64,000 nucleotides of DNA from Chloroflexota bacterium (GCA_025699005.1 JAILWI010000002.1:25403-89402), one strand, 5' to 3'. Positions 8,797-17,665 are shown, counted from the first letter of the stretch. A program made the numbers and translations. The notes: generated by a model not told the origin, from the letters alone.

Positions 8797-9582
8797 ATGC
8801 GCACACCCATGAAGCGACTCGCGGCCGGGCTGGCGACCGTCAGCCTGATGCTCGTGGCAGCACTCCCGGTAGCCGCCGCCGATGAGGCGATGGTGCGGGT
8901 CATCCACGCGTCGCCCGATGCCCCGAATGTCGACGTCTGGCTCGACGGCGACACCGTCCTGACCGACGTCCCGTTCACCGCGGTGAGTGACTATCTCGCC
9001 GTCCCGGCGGGCGAGCACAACATCCAGGTCACCGCCACCGGATCGACCGACCCGGTCATCGATGCCGATCTGACCTTCGAGGCGAACACCTCGTACAGCG
9101 TCGCCGCGATCGGCCCGGTCGCCGACATCGGTGCGACCGTCCTGACCGACGACCGCGCCCCGGCTGATGGCATGAGCAAGCTCCGCGTCTTCCACGCGTC
9201 GCCCGCCGCGCCCGCATCCGTGGACGTCGCGGTGACCGACGGCCCGGTCCTCGTCGAGGGCCTTGCCTATCCCGAGGCCACCGACTACCTGACCGTCGAT
9301 CCGGGGACGTACCCGCTCGAGATCCGCGCCGCCGGTGAGACCGACGCCGCGCTCACGCTCGAGGCGACCCTGGCCGCGGGCCAGAACGTCACGGCCATCG
9401 CCATGGATGGCGGAGACGCCGGCGTCCAGGTGATCATCGCCGACGACACCGCCGACGTGCCTGACACGGCGCTGCCGCTGTCGACTCCGACGCTGTCGCT
9501 CGTCACCATGGCTGGCGTGGCGGTTCTGCTCGCCGGCGTGCTGCTCGGACGTCGGGCGCCCGCGACCCGCGAGACCATCTGA
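8797..9582 (+). CDS. DUF4397 domain protein, secreted with C-terminal membrane anchor
   Basis: Signal peptide. The module VRV(I/F)HASPDAP.VDV...L....Y...T.Y..V..G occurs twice (DUF4397). The C-terminus has a hydrophobic helix plus RR. Confidence 0.65.
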   Translation: MRTPMKRLAAGLATVSLMLVAALPVAAADEAMVRVIHASPDAPNVDVWLDGDTVLTDVPFTAVSDYLAVPAGEHNIQVTATGSTDPVIDADLTFEANTSYSVAAIGPVADIGATVLTDDRAPADGMSKLRVFHASPAAPASVDVAVTDGPVLVEGLAYPEATDYLTVDPGTYPLEIRAAGETDAALTLEATLAAGQNVTAIAMDGGDAGVQVIIADDTADVPDTALPLSTPTLSLVTMAGVAVLLAGVLLGRRAPATRETI

Positions 9583-9599
9583 CCCAGGCCCGAGCTTCG

Positions 9600-9632
9600 G
9601 ACGGCCCGCGGGACACGTTCCCGCGGGCCGTC
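9600..9632 (+). terminator. Strong hairpin terminator after the DUF4397 gene
   Basis: GACGGCCCGCGGGA-cacgt-TCCCGCGGGCCGTC forms a 14-bp perfect stem with a 5-nt loop, 18 nt after the stop. There is no U-tract. Confidence 0.6.
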
Positions 9633-9773
9633 TGCGGCTATACTCGGCGAAACCTGCAGCTCACCCGGCCGCATGCATCCGATCCGAGCCGTCATCCCCG
9701 CATTCATCCCGTCAAGCCCGCGTAGGCCGATGCCGCCCGCGGGCGTTTTCGTACCCGGACCGAGGAGCCCACT

Positions 9774-10937
9774 GTGACGATCGACGCCCCGATCGGCGAT
9801 GCCACCTCCACCCGACTTCGACGGGCCTACGGCTTCGAGGAAGTCGCCCTCGTCCCGGGCGCGGTGACGGCGGATCCCTCGGAGGTCGACCTCGGAGTCG
9901 AGATCGGCGGCTTCCGTCTCGAGATCCCGTTCCTGGCGGCGGCCATGGATGCCGTCGCCGATGCCGACTTCGCCGTCCGCATGAGCCGGCATGGTGGCGC
10001 CGCCTTCATCAACCTCGAGGGGCTCTACACGCGGTACGACGATGCGGGCGAAATCATCGACCGGGTTGCGGCCGCGAGCGATGGCCGCGAGGCGGCTCAC
10101 ATCCTGGCCGATGCGTACCGGCAGCCGATCCGTGACGACCTCATCGCCGCGCTCATCACCCGGGTGAAGGCGCAGGGGGCGATCGCGGCCGTGGCCACCA
10201 CTCCGGCATCGGCATGGAGCCACGCGGAGATCGCCGCCGACGCCGGCGCGGATCTGCTCCTCGTGCAATCCCAGGTCTCATCGGCGCGCCACATCTCGAC
10301 CTCGACCCGCGTGCTCTCGCTCGCCGATCTCACCGGCGGGTTGAGGATCCCCGTGCTGGTGGGCAACACCGTGAGCGGCGATGCCGCCTACCAGCTGATG
10401 CACCAGGGCGCGGCCGGCATCTTCGTCGGCGTCGGTCCCGGCGCCGCGTGCACGACCCGCGAGGTGCTGGGCATCGGGGTTCCGCAGGTCACCGCCACCA
10501 TCGAGGTTGCCGCGGCGCGCGATCGCTACGAGCGCGAGACCGGCCGCTACGTGCCGATCGTGACCGACGGTGGGATGAAGACCGGCGGCGACATCGCGAA
10601 GGCGATCGCCTCGGGCGCCGACGCCGTCATGCTGGGATCGCCCTTCGCCGGTGCCCTCGAGGCGCCGGGTCGTGGCTTCAACTGGGGGATGGCGGCACCC
10701 TCGCCGACGCTGCCTCGCGGGACCCGCATCAAGATCGGGCACCGGCTTCCACTCGAGCAGATCCTGTTCGGCCCGGCCGAGACGACGCACGGCACGCAGA
10801 ACCTCGTGGGCGCGCTCCGGCAGTCGATGGCCGCGCTCGGTGTTCGGACCATCCGGGAGATGCACGAGGTGGAGATGGTCATCGCGCCGTCGATTGCCAC
10901 CGAGGGCAAGTCCTGGCAGCTCGCCGGCAGCGAATAG
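9774..10937 (+). CDS. guaB3: GuaB3-type IMP dehydrogenase-related protein (no CBS insert)
   Basis: 387 aa with YGFEEVALVPG...IPFLAAAMDAV, VGVGPGAACTTREVLGIGVPQ and TDGGMKTGGDIAKAIASGADAVMLGS. RBS GAGGAG lies 7 nt upstream of the GTG. Confidence 0.8.
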   Translation: MTIDAPIGDATSTRLRRAYGFEEVALVPGAVTADPSEVDLGVEIGGFRLEIPFLAAAMDAVADADFAVRMSRHGGAAFINLEGLYTRYDDAGEIIDRVAAASDGREAAHILADAYRQPIRDDLIAALITRVKAQGAIAAVATTPASAWSHAEIAADAGADLLLVQSQVSSARHISTSTRVLSLADLTGGLRIPVLVGNTVSGDAAYQLMHQGAAGIFVGVGPGAACTTREVLGIGVPQVTATIEVAAARDRYERETGRYVPIVTDGGMKTGGDIAKAIASGADAVMLGSPFAGALEAPGRGFNWGMAAPSPTLPRGTRIKIGHRLPLEQILFGPAETTHGTQNLVGALRQSMAALGVRTIREMHEVEMVIAPSIATEGKSWQLAGSE

Positions 10938-10962
10938 GCCCGTCACCGACGGCCGCGCCATC

Positions 10963-12009
10963 GTGGCGGAGACGCTCACCACCGGCCGCCTGAATCGTGC
11001 GCTCCTCGCCAGGCAGCTCCTGCTCGAGCGTCACGCCGTATCCATCCCGGACGCGCTCGAGCGGATGGCCGGGATCCAGAACCAGTACGCGCCCAATGCC
11101 TATCTGCGCCTGTGGTCGTGCCTCGCCGAGTTCCATGCCCGCGACCTGACGGCCGCGCTCGAGTCCTCGACCGTGGTCCAGGGCACCCTCATGCGGGGGA
11201 CGATCCACCTCGTGTCGGCAGCCGACTATCACCCGATGGCCGCCGGGCTGCGCACGATCCGGCGCACCTGGGCGCGGCGCGTCCACGGGACCGACGACGC
11301 GGAGCGGGACCGCATCGTGAAGCGCGTGCGAGTGGCGCTCGGCGCGGGCGCCGTCCCGCGAGCTCGACTCAGGGAGATCCTCGGCGACGCCTCGGCGGCC
11401 GCAGCCGCCACGATCGACACGGACGCGGAGCTCCTGCGTGTCCCGCCGTCCGGGACCTGGGCGCGACGCCGCGCCGACCGCTACGCGCTCGCGGACTCGG
11501 TCATGGATCACGAGGAGGTGAGCGAGGCCGCCGGGCTCGAGCTCCTCGTGCGCCGCTATCTCGGCGGATTCGGTCCCGCGGCCGTCGCCGACATCGCGAG
11601 CTTCGTCGGCACGCCGGTGACTCCGCTGAAGCCGATCGTCGCCGCCATGGACCTGCGTCGGTTCCGCGACGAGCCGGGCGGCGAGCTGCTCGACCTGCCG
11701 GGCGCGCCGCTGCCGGACGAGGACGCGCCGGCCCCGGTTCGCTTCCTCCCGACGTGGGACGCCATCCTCCTCGTCCATGCTCGCCGCACCGGCGTGCTGC
11801 CGGAGGCCCTCCGACCGGTGATCTTCTCGACGAAGATGCCGCCGTCATATCCGACCGTGCTCGTCGATGGCCGGGTCGCCGCGACATGGCGGTTCGACGC
11901 GGATCGGGTGAACGTCGAGCCCCTGCGCGATCTCGATCGAACCGAGCGCGACGCCGTCGACGAGGAGGGGGAGCGGCTCGCGGCGTTCCACCGCTCCGCA
12001 TCGGCGTAG
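10963..12009 (+). CDS. Winged-helix DNA-binding protein, YcaQ/AlkZ (DUF1006) family
   Basis: LNRALLARQLLLER...MAGIQNQYAPNAYLRLWSC...GTLMRGTIHLV is the family signature. The GTG at 10963 was chosen because it is downstream of the guaB3 stop; the exact start is uncertain. Confidence 0.7.
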   Translation: MAETLTTGRLNRALLARQLLLERHAVSIPDALERMAGIQNQYAPNAYLRLWSCLAEFHARDLTAALESSTVVQGTLMRGTIHLVSAADYHPMAAGLRTIRRTWARRVHGTDDAERDRIVKRVRVALGAGAVPRARLREILGDASAAAAATIDTDAELLRVPPSGTWARRRADRYALADSVMDHEEVSEAAGLELLVRRYLGGFGPAAVADIASFVGTPVTPLKPIVAAMDLRRFRDEPGGELLDLPGAPLPDEDAPAPVRFLPTWDAILLVHARRTGVLPEALRPVIFSTKMPPSYPTVLVDGRVAATWRFDADRVNVEPLRDLDRTERDAVDEEGERLAAFHRSASA

Positions 12010-12018
12010 GATCCGCCG

Positions 12019-12402
12019 ATGAATCGCACCGACCTGCAAGCCTGGCTCGACCGGTACGTCGAAGCCTGGCGCGCCAACGAGCGCGGGCCGATCGAGGCCC
12101 TCTTCACCGACGACATCGTGTATCGCTTCCGCCCGTACGAGTCGTATCCGGCGGCGAACGGCATCGACGAGGTCGTCGACGCGTGGCTCGGCGAGTCGCG
12201 CGACGAGCCGGGCACCTGGGAGGCGGAGTACACCGCGTTCGCCGTCGACGGCGACCGTGGCGTGGCCACCGGGTACAGCCGGTATCTCGCCACGGCCGAT
12301 GTGGCGGAGAAGACGTACCACAACGCCTTCCTTCTCGAGTTCGCGCCCGATGGCCGATGCCGGTCCTTCACGGAGCTGTACATGGCCGAGGACGACGGCT
12401 GA
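12019..12402 (+). CDS. SnoaL-like / NTF2-fold protein
   Basis: 127 aa. LQAWLDRYVEAWRAN...EALFTDDIVY is a typical NTF2-like N-terminus. Confidence 0.7.
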   Translation: MNRTDLQAWLDRYVEAWRANERGPIEALFTDDIVYRFRPYESYPAANGIDEVVDAWLGESRDEPGTWEAEYTAFAVDGDRGVATGYSRYLATADVAEKTYHNAFLLEFAPDGRCRSFTELYMAEDDG

Positions 12403-12444
12403 TCGCGCCCGATCGCGCCAACCCGCGACTCGTTGATCGAGTTA

Positions 12445-12475
12445 CTGAGTAATATCACTCACGACTCTGAGTAAA
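12445..12475. promoter_or_regulatory. AT-rich operator-like element: direct CTGAGTAA repeats 22 bp apart plus a 16-bp near-palindrome TGAGTAATATCACTCA
   Basis: CTGAGTAA at 12445-12452 and 12467-12474. The near-palindrome at 12446-12461 matches at 14 of 16 positions. This is the most AT-rich stretch I noticed in the window and lies upstream of the AAA+ ATPase gene. Confidence 0.35.
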
Positions 12476-12551
12476 TCTGCGGGATGGAGTGCGTGAACGT
12501 GACCCGTTTCCGACGCCCCCCAGGCTCCTTCGGCCGGGGAGGCGTCACCTG

Positions 12552-13775
12552 ATGCCGAAGGCCAAGGTCTACCGCCGCTCGATCTTCGACGAGATTCTCG
12601 AGCGCGCCCACGAGCCGCGGCGCTTCATCCAGGTGCTGGCCGGGCCGCGCCAGGTGGGGAAGACGACGGCGGCGCGCCAGGTCATGGACGCCATCGGCAT
12701 CCCGGGTCACTTCGCATCGGCCGATGCGCCCGATCCGGAGGACATCGGCTGGATCTACACCCAGTGGCAGATCGGCCGCCAGCAGGCGAGCATGGGGGGC
12801 CGCGCCGGCGGGCTCCTGATCCTCGACGAGGTCCAGAAGATCCGCGACTGGTCCGACGTCGTGAAGGAGCTCTGGGACGAGGACACGGCATCGGGCATTC
12901 CGCTGCGGGTCATGCTCCTGGGCTCGGCGCCGCTCCTCGTGCGGAAGGGACTTTCGGACAGCCTGGCGGGCAGGTTCGAGGTCATCCGCGTCACACACTG
13001 GACGTTCGCCGAGATGCGCGACGCATTCGGCTGGGACCTCGACACCTACCTCTTCTATGGCGGCTACCCTGGCGCCGCCCCGCTCGTGAAGCGTCACGAG
13101 CGGTGGGAGGAGTACATCCTCGACTCGATCGTCGAGACGAACCTGTCGCGCGACATCCTGCTGCTCAACCGGGTCGAGAAGCCCGCGTTGCTGCGCCAGC
13201 TGTTTCGTTTAGCGTGCTCGTACTCGGGGCAGGTGCTCAGCTACACGAAGATGCTCGGCACCCTGACGGATGCCGGCAACACGGTCACCCTGGCGCACTA
13301 CCTGGAGCTCCTCGGCGGCGCGGGAATGGTCACCGGCATCGGCAAGTACTCCGGGTCGGCGGTGCGTCGCCGCGCATCGAGCCCGAAGCTGCTCGCGCTC
13401 AACACGGCGCTGGTATCGGCCGCTGCGCGGATGACGTTCGCCCGGGCCCGTGCCGACCACGAGTTCTGGGGCCGGCTGGTGGAGACCGCGGTGGGCGCCC
13501 ACCTGTGGGCGCATGCCGACCCGGATGAGCTCGGGTACTGGAGGGAGGGCAACAACGAGGTGGACTGGGTGGTTCGGCCGGGCAAGCTGATGCGGTCGCG
13601 CGACGAGCCGATCGCGATCGAGGTGAAGACCGGTCACTCCCGTGGCACACCCGGCACGGTCGCGTTCACCCACACGCACCGTGGCGCGCGCGCACTCATC
13701 GTCGGTCCCGGAGGGATCCCGATCGAGGACTTTCTATCGGCGCATCCACGGGAGTGGCTGGACGGGCCCGCGTAG
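12552..13775 (+). CDS. AAA+ ATPase with C-terminal DUF4143 (COG1373 family; nuclease-like D...ExK motif)
   Basis: Walker A GPRQVGKTT and Walker B LLILDEVQ. The C-terminus has NNEVDWVV...IAIEVKTG. The ATG at 12552 is preceded by GGGGAGG. The track start at 12489 lacks an RBS. Confidence 0.8.
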   Translation: MPKAKVYRRSIFDEILERAHEPRRFIQVLAGPRQVGKTTAARQVMDAIGIPGHFASADAPDPEDIGWIYTQWQIGRQQASMGGRAGGLLILDEVQKIRDWSDVVKELWDEDTASGIPLRVMLLGSAPLLVRKGLSDSLAGRFEVIRVTHWTFAEMRDAFGWDLDTYLFYGGYPGAAPLVKRHERWEEYILDSIVETNLSRDILLLNRVEKPALLRQLFRLACSYSGQVLSYTKMLGTLTDAGNTVTLAHYLELLGGAGMVTGIGKYSGSAVRRRASSPKLLALNTALVSAAARMTFARARADHEFWGRLVETAVGAHLWAHADPDELGYWREGNNEVDWVVRPGKLMRSRDEPIAIEVKTGHSRGTPGTVAFTHTHRGARALIVGPGGIPIEDFLSAHPREWLDGPA

Positions 13776-13786
13776 CGTTCGCTTCG

Positions 13787-13828
13787 TGTCAACCTAAGTT
13801 GACAGAATGGACGGCGACGGTCTACGCT
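13787..13828 (+). promoter_or_regulatory. Promoter TTGACA-18-TACGCT with palindromic operator TGTCAAC-N4-GTTGACA over the -35
   Basis: The palindrome spans 13787-13804 with perfect 7-bp arms and contains a perfect -35 (13799-13804). The -10 TACGCT is at 13823-13828. The GTG at 13835 lies 7 nt after the -10, which suggests a leaderless mRNA. Confidence 0.5.
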
Positions 13829-13834
13829 CTGACC

Positions 13835-14059
13835 GTGGCCGAAGTCCCGCAGACCGACGATCCCTCAGCCGCCTTCGCGGCCGTGGTCGCGCTGCGGCGG
13901 CTGGCGGACCGGATGGAGCGTGAGGCAGTCGACGAGGCGCTGGCTCGCGGATGGACGTGGCAGCAGGTGGCCCAGGCGCTGGGGGTCAGCCGCCAGGCAG
14001 CCCACAAGCGGCACGCCCGTCGAACCCGCGGCCGCGGAGCAACCCAGGAGGACAGATGA
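13835..14059 (+). CDS. Small helix-turn-helix DNA-binding protein
   Basis: 74 aa with ...ARGWTWQQVAQALGVSRQAAHKRH..., a classic HTH. Its stop overlaps the next ATG (ATGA at 14056-14059). The start was chosen from the promoter geometry. Confidence 0.55.
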   Translation: MAEVPQTDDPSAAFAAVVALRRLADRMEREAVDEALARGWTWQQVAQALGVSRQAAHKRHARRTRGRGATQEDR

Positions 14060-14571
14060 ACCCGATGAAGATGCTCCGCGAGATGCGGGCGATCAAGGAT
14101 CTCCTGACCGACGCGGAGGGTATCGCCCGCTCCATGGGTGACGAGCAGCCGGCGGCCGAGCATCTGCTCCTGGCGGCCTTCGACCTCCCGGACGGGTCGG
14201 CCGATCGCGTGATGCGCCGCTTCGGGCTCGACCGCGACCGGCTTCGGGCGGCGATCGTCGAGCAGCATGCGGCCGCGCTCGTCGCCGCGGGCCTGCGACC
14301 GGACGTCGCCGATCAGCTCAGCGATGCACCCGCCCTCGAACCGCCGACCGGGTCGGGAATCTATCGTTCCAGCCCATCGGCCCAGGAGGCGTTCCAGCGC
14401 GCCGGAGCCATGGCCCGATCGGCCCGTCGGCCGCTCGCAGGAGCGCACATCGTTGCCGCGGTCGCCGGCATGGAGCACGGGACCGTCGCGCAGCTCCTGG
14501 AACGCCTCGGCATCGAGCGTTCGGCGCTCGCCGCAGCGGCGGCCGACGAGCTCGAGCGGCCGGCGTCCTGA
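14056..14571 (+). CDS. Stand-alone Clp N-terminal (Clp_N / Clp R) domain protein
   Basis: 171 aa with two Clp_N-like repeats (AEHLLLAAFDLPDGSADRVMRRFGL... and GAHIVAAVAGMEHGTVAQLLERLGI...). There is no ATPase module. Confidence 0.75.
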   Translation: MNPMKMLREMRAIKDLLTDAEGIARSMGDEQPAAEHLLLAAFDLPDGSADRVMRRFGLDRDRLRAAIVEQHAAALVAAGLRPDVADQLSDAPALEPPTGSGIYRSSPSAQEAFQRAGAMARSARRPLAGAHIVAAVAGMEHGTVAQLLERLGIERSALAAAAADELERPAS

Positions 14572-14576
14572 GCCCG

Positions 14577-15389
14577 ATGCCGATCTCCGCCGGCGAGCGT
14601 CGCGAGCGGTTCCGCCGCCTCCACGAGCACGGCCTCTTCATCATGCCCAACGCCTGGGACATCGGATCCGCGCGGATCCTTGCCAGCATGGGGTTCGAGG
14701 CGCTGGCGACCACGAGCCTCGGACATGCTGCGGCACTCGGCAAGCTGGATCTCACGGTGACCCGCGAGGAGATGCTGGACCACGTCGAGGCGCTGGCGTC
14801 GGCTGTCGACCTTCCCCTCAACGTGGATGCCTAGCGCTGTTTCGCCGACGATCCGGCGGGCGTCGCGGAGACCGTCGCCGAGATGGCCGCGCGCGGCGCG
14901 GCCGGCTGCTCCATCGAGGACTATGACCCGGCCTCCGGCAGGATCGATCCGGTGGAGGTCGCCGTCGAGCGCGTCGCCGCCGCCGCGGAGGCTGCGCATC
15001 GGCACGGTGTCGTCCTGACCGCCCGCGCGGAGAACCACGTCTACGAGCTGGGTGATCTCGATGACACCCTTCGACGGCTCGTCGCCTACCGCGAGGCCGG
15101 AGCCGATGTCGTCTACGCGCCACGCCTTTCGGACGCCGATGACATTCGACGCGTGGTGGGCGCGACCGACGCACCTATCAACGTCCTGGCGTTGCGCGAC
15201 GCTCCGTCCGTGCCCGAGCTCGCGGAGCTGGGCGTGCGTCGGGTCTCCACCGGCGGCGCCCTGGCCCGCGCGGCGTACGGAGCCCTGGCCGCCGCAGCGG
15301 GCGAGCTCCAACGCGCCGGAACCTCGACCTACGTCGATGCCGCGATGTCCGGTGCCGACCTGGAGCAGGCGCTCGGCACGGTCGATTAG
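14577..15389 (+). pseudogene. Isocitrate lyase / PEP mutase family gene (2-methylisocitrate-lyase-like) interrupted by a single in-frame TAG
   Basis: ORFs 14577-14834 and 14883-15389 are in the same frame. Reading through the TAG (14832-14834) gives the continuous sequence ...PLNVDA*RCFADDPAGVAETVAEMAARGAAGCSIED.... Confidence 0.75.
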
Positions 15390-15865
15390 ACGAGCGGCCA
15401 GCACACCTCGGTGCGCAGGTCGGCCTCGGCAACCTCGAACGGATCGTCGACGTACGACTCCCAGGGAGCACCCCCGATGGTCCGGCCCTGCTCGCCGATC
15501 CAGGCCTGCAGGGCCGGGTAGGTCCGCGAGAGACCGTCGTACGAGCCGTGGTGAACGGTGACTGCGACTTCGCCGCCCGGAAGCTCGGAGCTCCCCATCT
15601 CCCCCGGCTCGCAGTCGGCCAACGGCCGGAGGTCGCCGATCGGGGCGGCGATCGGAACCCCGATCTCCAGATCCACCTCCTCGGCATCCATCGCGTGGTA
15701 GCGCCCGTACGGCGCGCCGGCGGGCTGACCGCCGCGGTCGGCGATCCCGTGGGCGACGTTCGCGAGGTGGGTGCCGAACAGCTCTCCGAGGTCGGCCACG
15801 GGGGCGCGGATCCGGACCGCGACGGAGGCCGTGGGAGTGCGGGTGTGCACGGTGGCGTCGATCAT
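15386..15865 (-). CDS. GyrI-like small-molecule-binding domain protein
   Basis: 159 aa. The pattern ...YGRYHA...EVDLEIGVP...GGEVAVTVHHGSYDGL...Y.AL..WI...G......PWESY is typical of the GyrI-like/AraC-effector fold. Confidence 0.7.
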   Translation of the reverse strand: MIDATVHTRTPTASVAVRIRAPVADLGELFGTHLANVAHGIADRGGQPAGAPYGRYHAMDAEEVDLEIGVPIAAPIGDLRPLADCEPGEMGSSELPGGEVAVTVHHGSYDGLSRTYPALQAWIGEQGRTIGGAPWESYVDDPFEVAEADLRTEVCWPLV

Positions 15866-15930
15866 CGGCTTCGTCCTCCTTGGTGACGGGTAGACTCTCG
15901 CTCAGTTGATCATCGCCGGACGGAGCGGCA

Positions 15931-17661
15931 TTGACAGAGTCCAAGGAACCGAGAATCGACGCCGAACAGCCCATCGCGCGGGAGCGTGGCCGCACCGTCC
16001 ATGGCGAGCCCGCCAATGCCGGCCACCGGGTTCTCGCCCCCGACGACGCCGAGGTGGAGGCGTACCTCGAGCAGGCGCTCCACGCACCACCGCCGCTCCG
16101 CGTGGAGACCGAGGCCGCCGAGCAGCCCGACACCGTCGCGGTGCTCGACTTCGGCAGCCAGTTCGCCCAGCTCATCGCGCGGCGCGTTCGCGAGCTGAAC
16201 GTGTACTCCGAGCTCCTGCCGCACGACACGCCGATGGCGGAGCTCGAGCGTCGCGGCGTCAAGGCCGTGATCCTGTCCGGCGGTCCCTCATCGGTCTACG
16301 ACGCCGATGCCCCGCGCGCCGACCCGGCGCTGTGGTCCGGCCGCATCCCGGTGCTCGGCATCTGCTACGGGCTCCAGCTCATGGCCCACGAGCTGGGCGG
16401 CGAGGTCGTTCCGTCTGCGAAGCGCGAGTACGGCCCGGCCACCGTCAGCGTCACCCAGAGCGAGGGGCTGTTCGAGGGCATCGATCGCGAGCAGCCGGTG
16501 TGGATGAGCCATGGCGACTCGATCCTGCGGCCCCCGGAGGGGTTCGCGTCCACGGCTCAGACGGACTCCACTCCGTACGCCGGCCTCGCCGATGCGGGCC
16601 GTCACCTCTATGGCATCCAGTTCCACCCGGAGGTCGTCCATACCCCCATCGGCCGCGAGGTGCTCCGCAACTTCGTCGTCGGGATCGCCGGAGTGCGCGA
16701 CAACTGGACGGCCGCCAACCTCGTCGAGACGACCGTCGCCGAGGTCCGCGATCGGGTGGGGGAGGGGCACGTCATCTGCGCGCTGTCGGGCGGCGTCGAC
16801 TCCGCCGTGGCGGCGACGCTCGTCCATCGCGCCATCGGCGACCAGCTGACCTGCATCTACGTCGACCACGGGCTGATGCGCAAGCGCGAGTCCGAGCTGC
16901 TGCGGGTGACGTTCGAGCGCGACCTGGGCATGAACCTCGTGATGGTCGACGCGCGCGAGCGATTCCTTGCGCGCCTCGCGGGGGTCGAGGACCCCGAGGA
17001 GAAGCGCCGGATCATCGGCGACGAGTTCATCCGCGTGTTCGAGGAGGAGGCCGCGAAGCTCGGCCAGATCGACTTCCTCGTCCAGGGCACCCTCTATCCC
17101 GACGTCATCGAGTCGAAGACGTCGGAGACGAAGACCGCGCAGAAGATCAAGACCCACCACAACGTCGGCGGCCTGCCCTCGGACCTGCGCTTCACGCTCA
17201 TCGAGCCGCTGCGCTACCTGTTCAAGGACGAGGTCCGCAAGGTCGGCCTGGAGCTTGGCCTGCCCGACGCGATGGTCCAGCGCCAGCCGTTCCCGGGCCC
17301 GGGCCTCGCGATCCGGATCATCGGCGAGGTGAACGCCGAGCGGCTCGACACCCTGCGCGAAGCCGACTGGATCGTCATCGACGAGATCAAGGGCGCGGGG
17401 CTCTACCGCTCCCTGTGGCAGAGCTTCGCCATCCTCACCCCGGTGCGGTCGGTCGGCGTCATGGGCGATGGCCGGACCTACGCAAACGTCGTCGCCATCC
17501 GTGCCGTGACGAGCGACGACGGGATGACGGCCGACTGGGCGCGGCTGCCGTACGAGGTCCTGGCGAAGATCAGCAGCCGGATCGTGAACGAGGTGCCCGG
17601 GGTGAACCGCGTCGTCTACGACATCAGCTCCAAGCCTCCAGCGACCATCGAGTGGGAATGA
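15931..17661 (+). CDS. guaA: GMP synthase (glutamine-hydrolysing)
   Basis: GATase block [26 protein letters not shown]...GICYG and ATP-PPase block [12 protein letters not shown]...[12 protein letters not shown] at 15931 has an upstream GGACGGAG. An internal GTG at 16102 would give a conventional length. Confidence 0.9.
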   Translation: MTESKEPRIDAEQPIARERGRTVHGEPANAGHRVLAPDDAEVEAYLEQALHAPPPLRVETEAAEQPDTVAVLDFGSQFAQLIARRVRELNVYSELLPHDTPMAELERRGVKAVILSGGPSSVYDADAPRADPALWSGRIPVLGICYGLQLMAHELGGEVVPSAKREYGPATVSVTQSEGLFEGIDREQPVWMSHGDSILRPPEGFASTAQTDSTPYAGLADAGRHLYGIQFHPEVVHTPIGREVLRNFVVGIAGVRDNWTAANLVETTVAEVRDRVGEGHVICALSGGVDSAVAATLVHRAIGDQLTCIYVDHGLMRKRESELLRVTFERDLGMNLVMVDARERFLARLAGVEDPEEKRRIIGDEFIRVFEEEAAKLGQIDFLVQGTLYPDVIESKTSETKTAQKIKTHHNVGGLPSDLRFTLIEPLRYLFKDEVRKVGLELGLPDAMVQRQPFPGPGLAIRIIGEVNAERLDTLREADWIVIDEIKGAGLYRSLWQSFAILTPVRSVGVMGDGRTYANVVAIRAVTSDDGMTADWARLPYEVLAKISSRIVNEVPGVNRVVYDISSKPPATIEWE

Positions 17662-17665
17662 GCCG

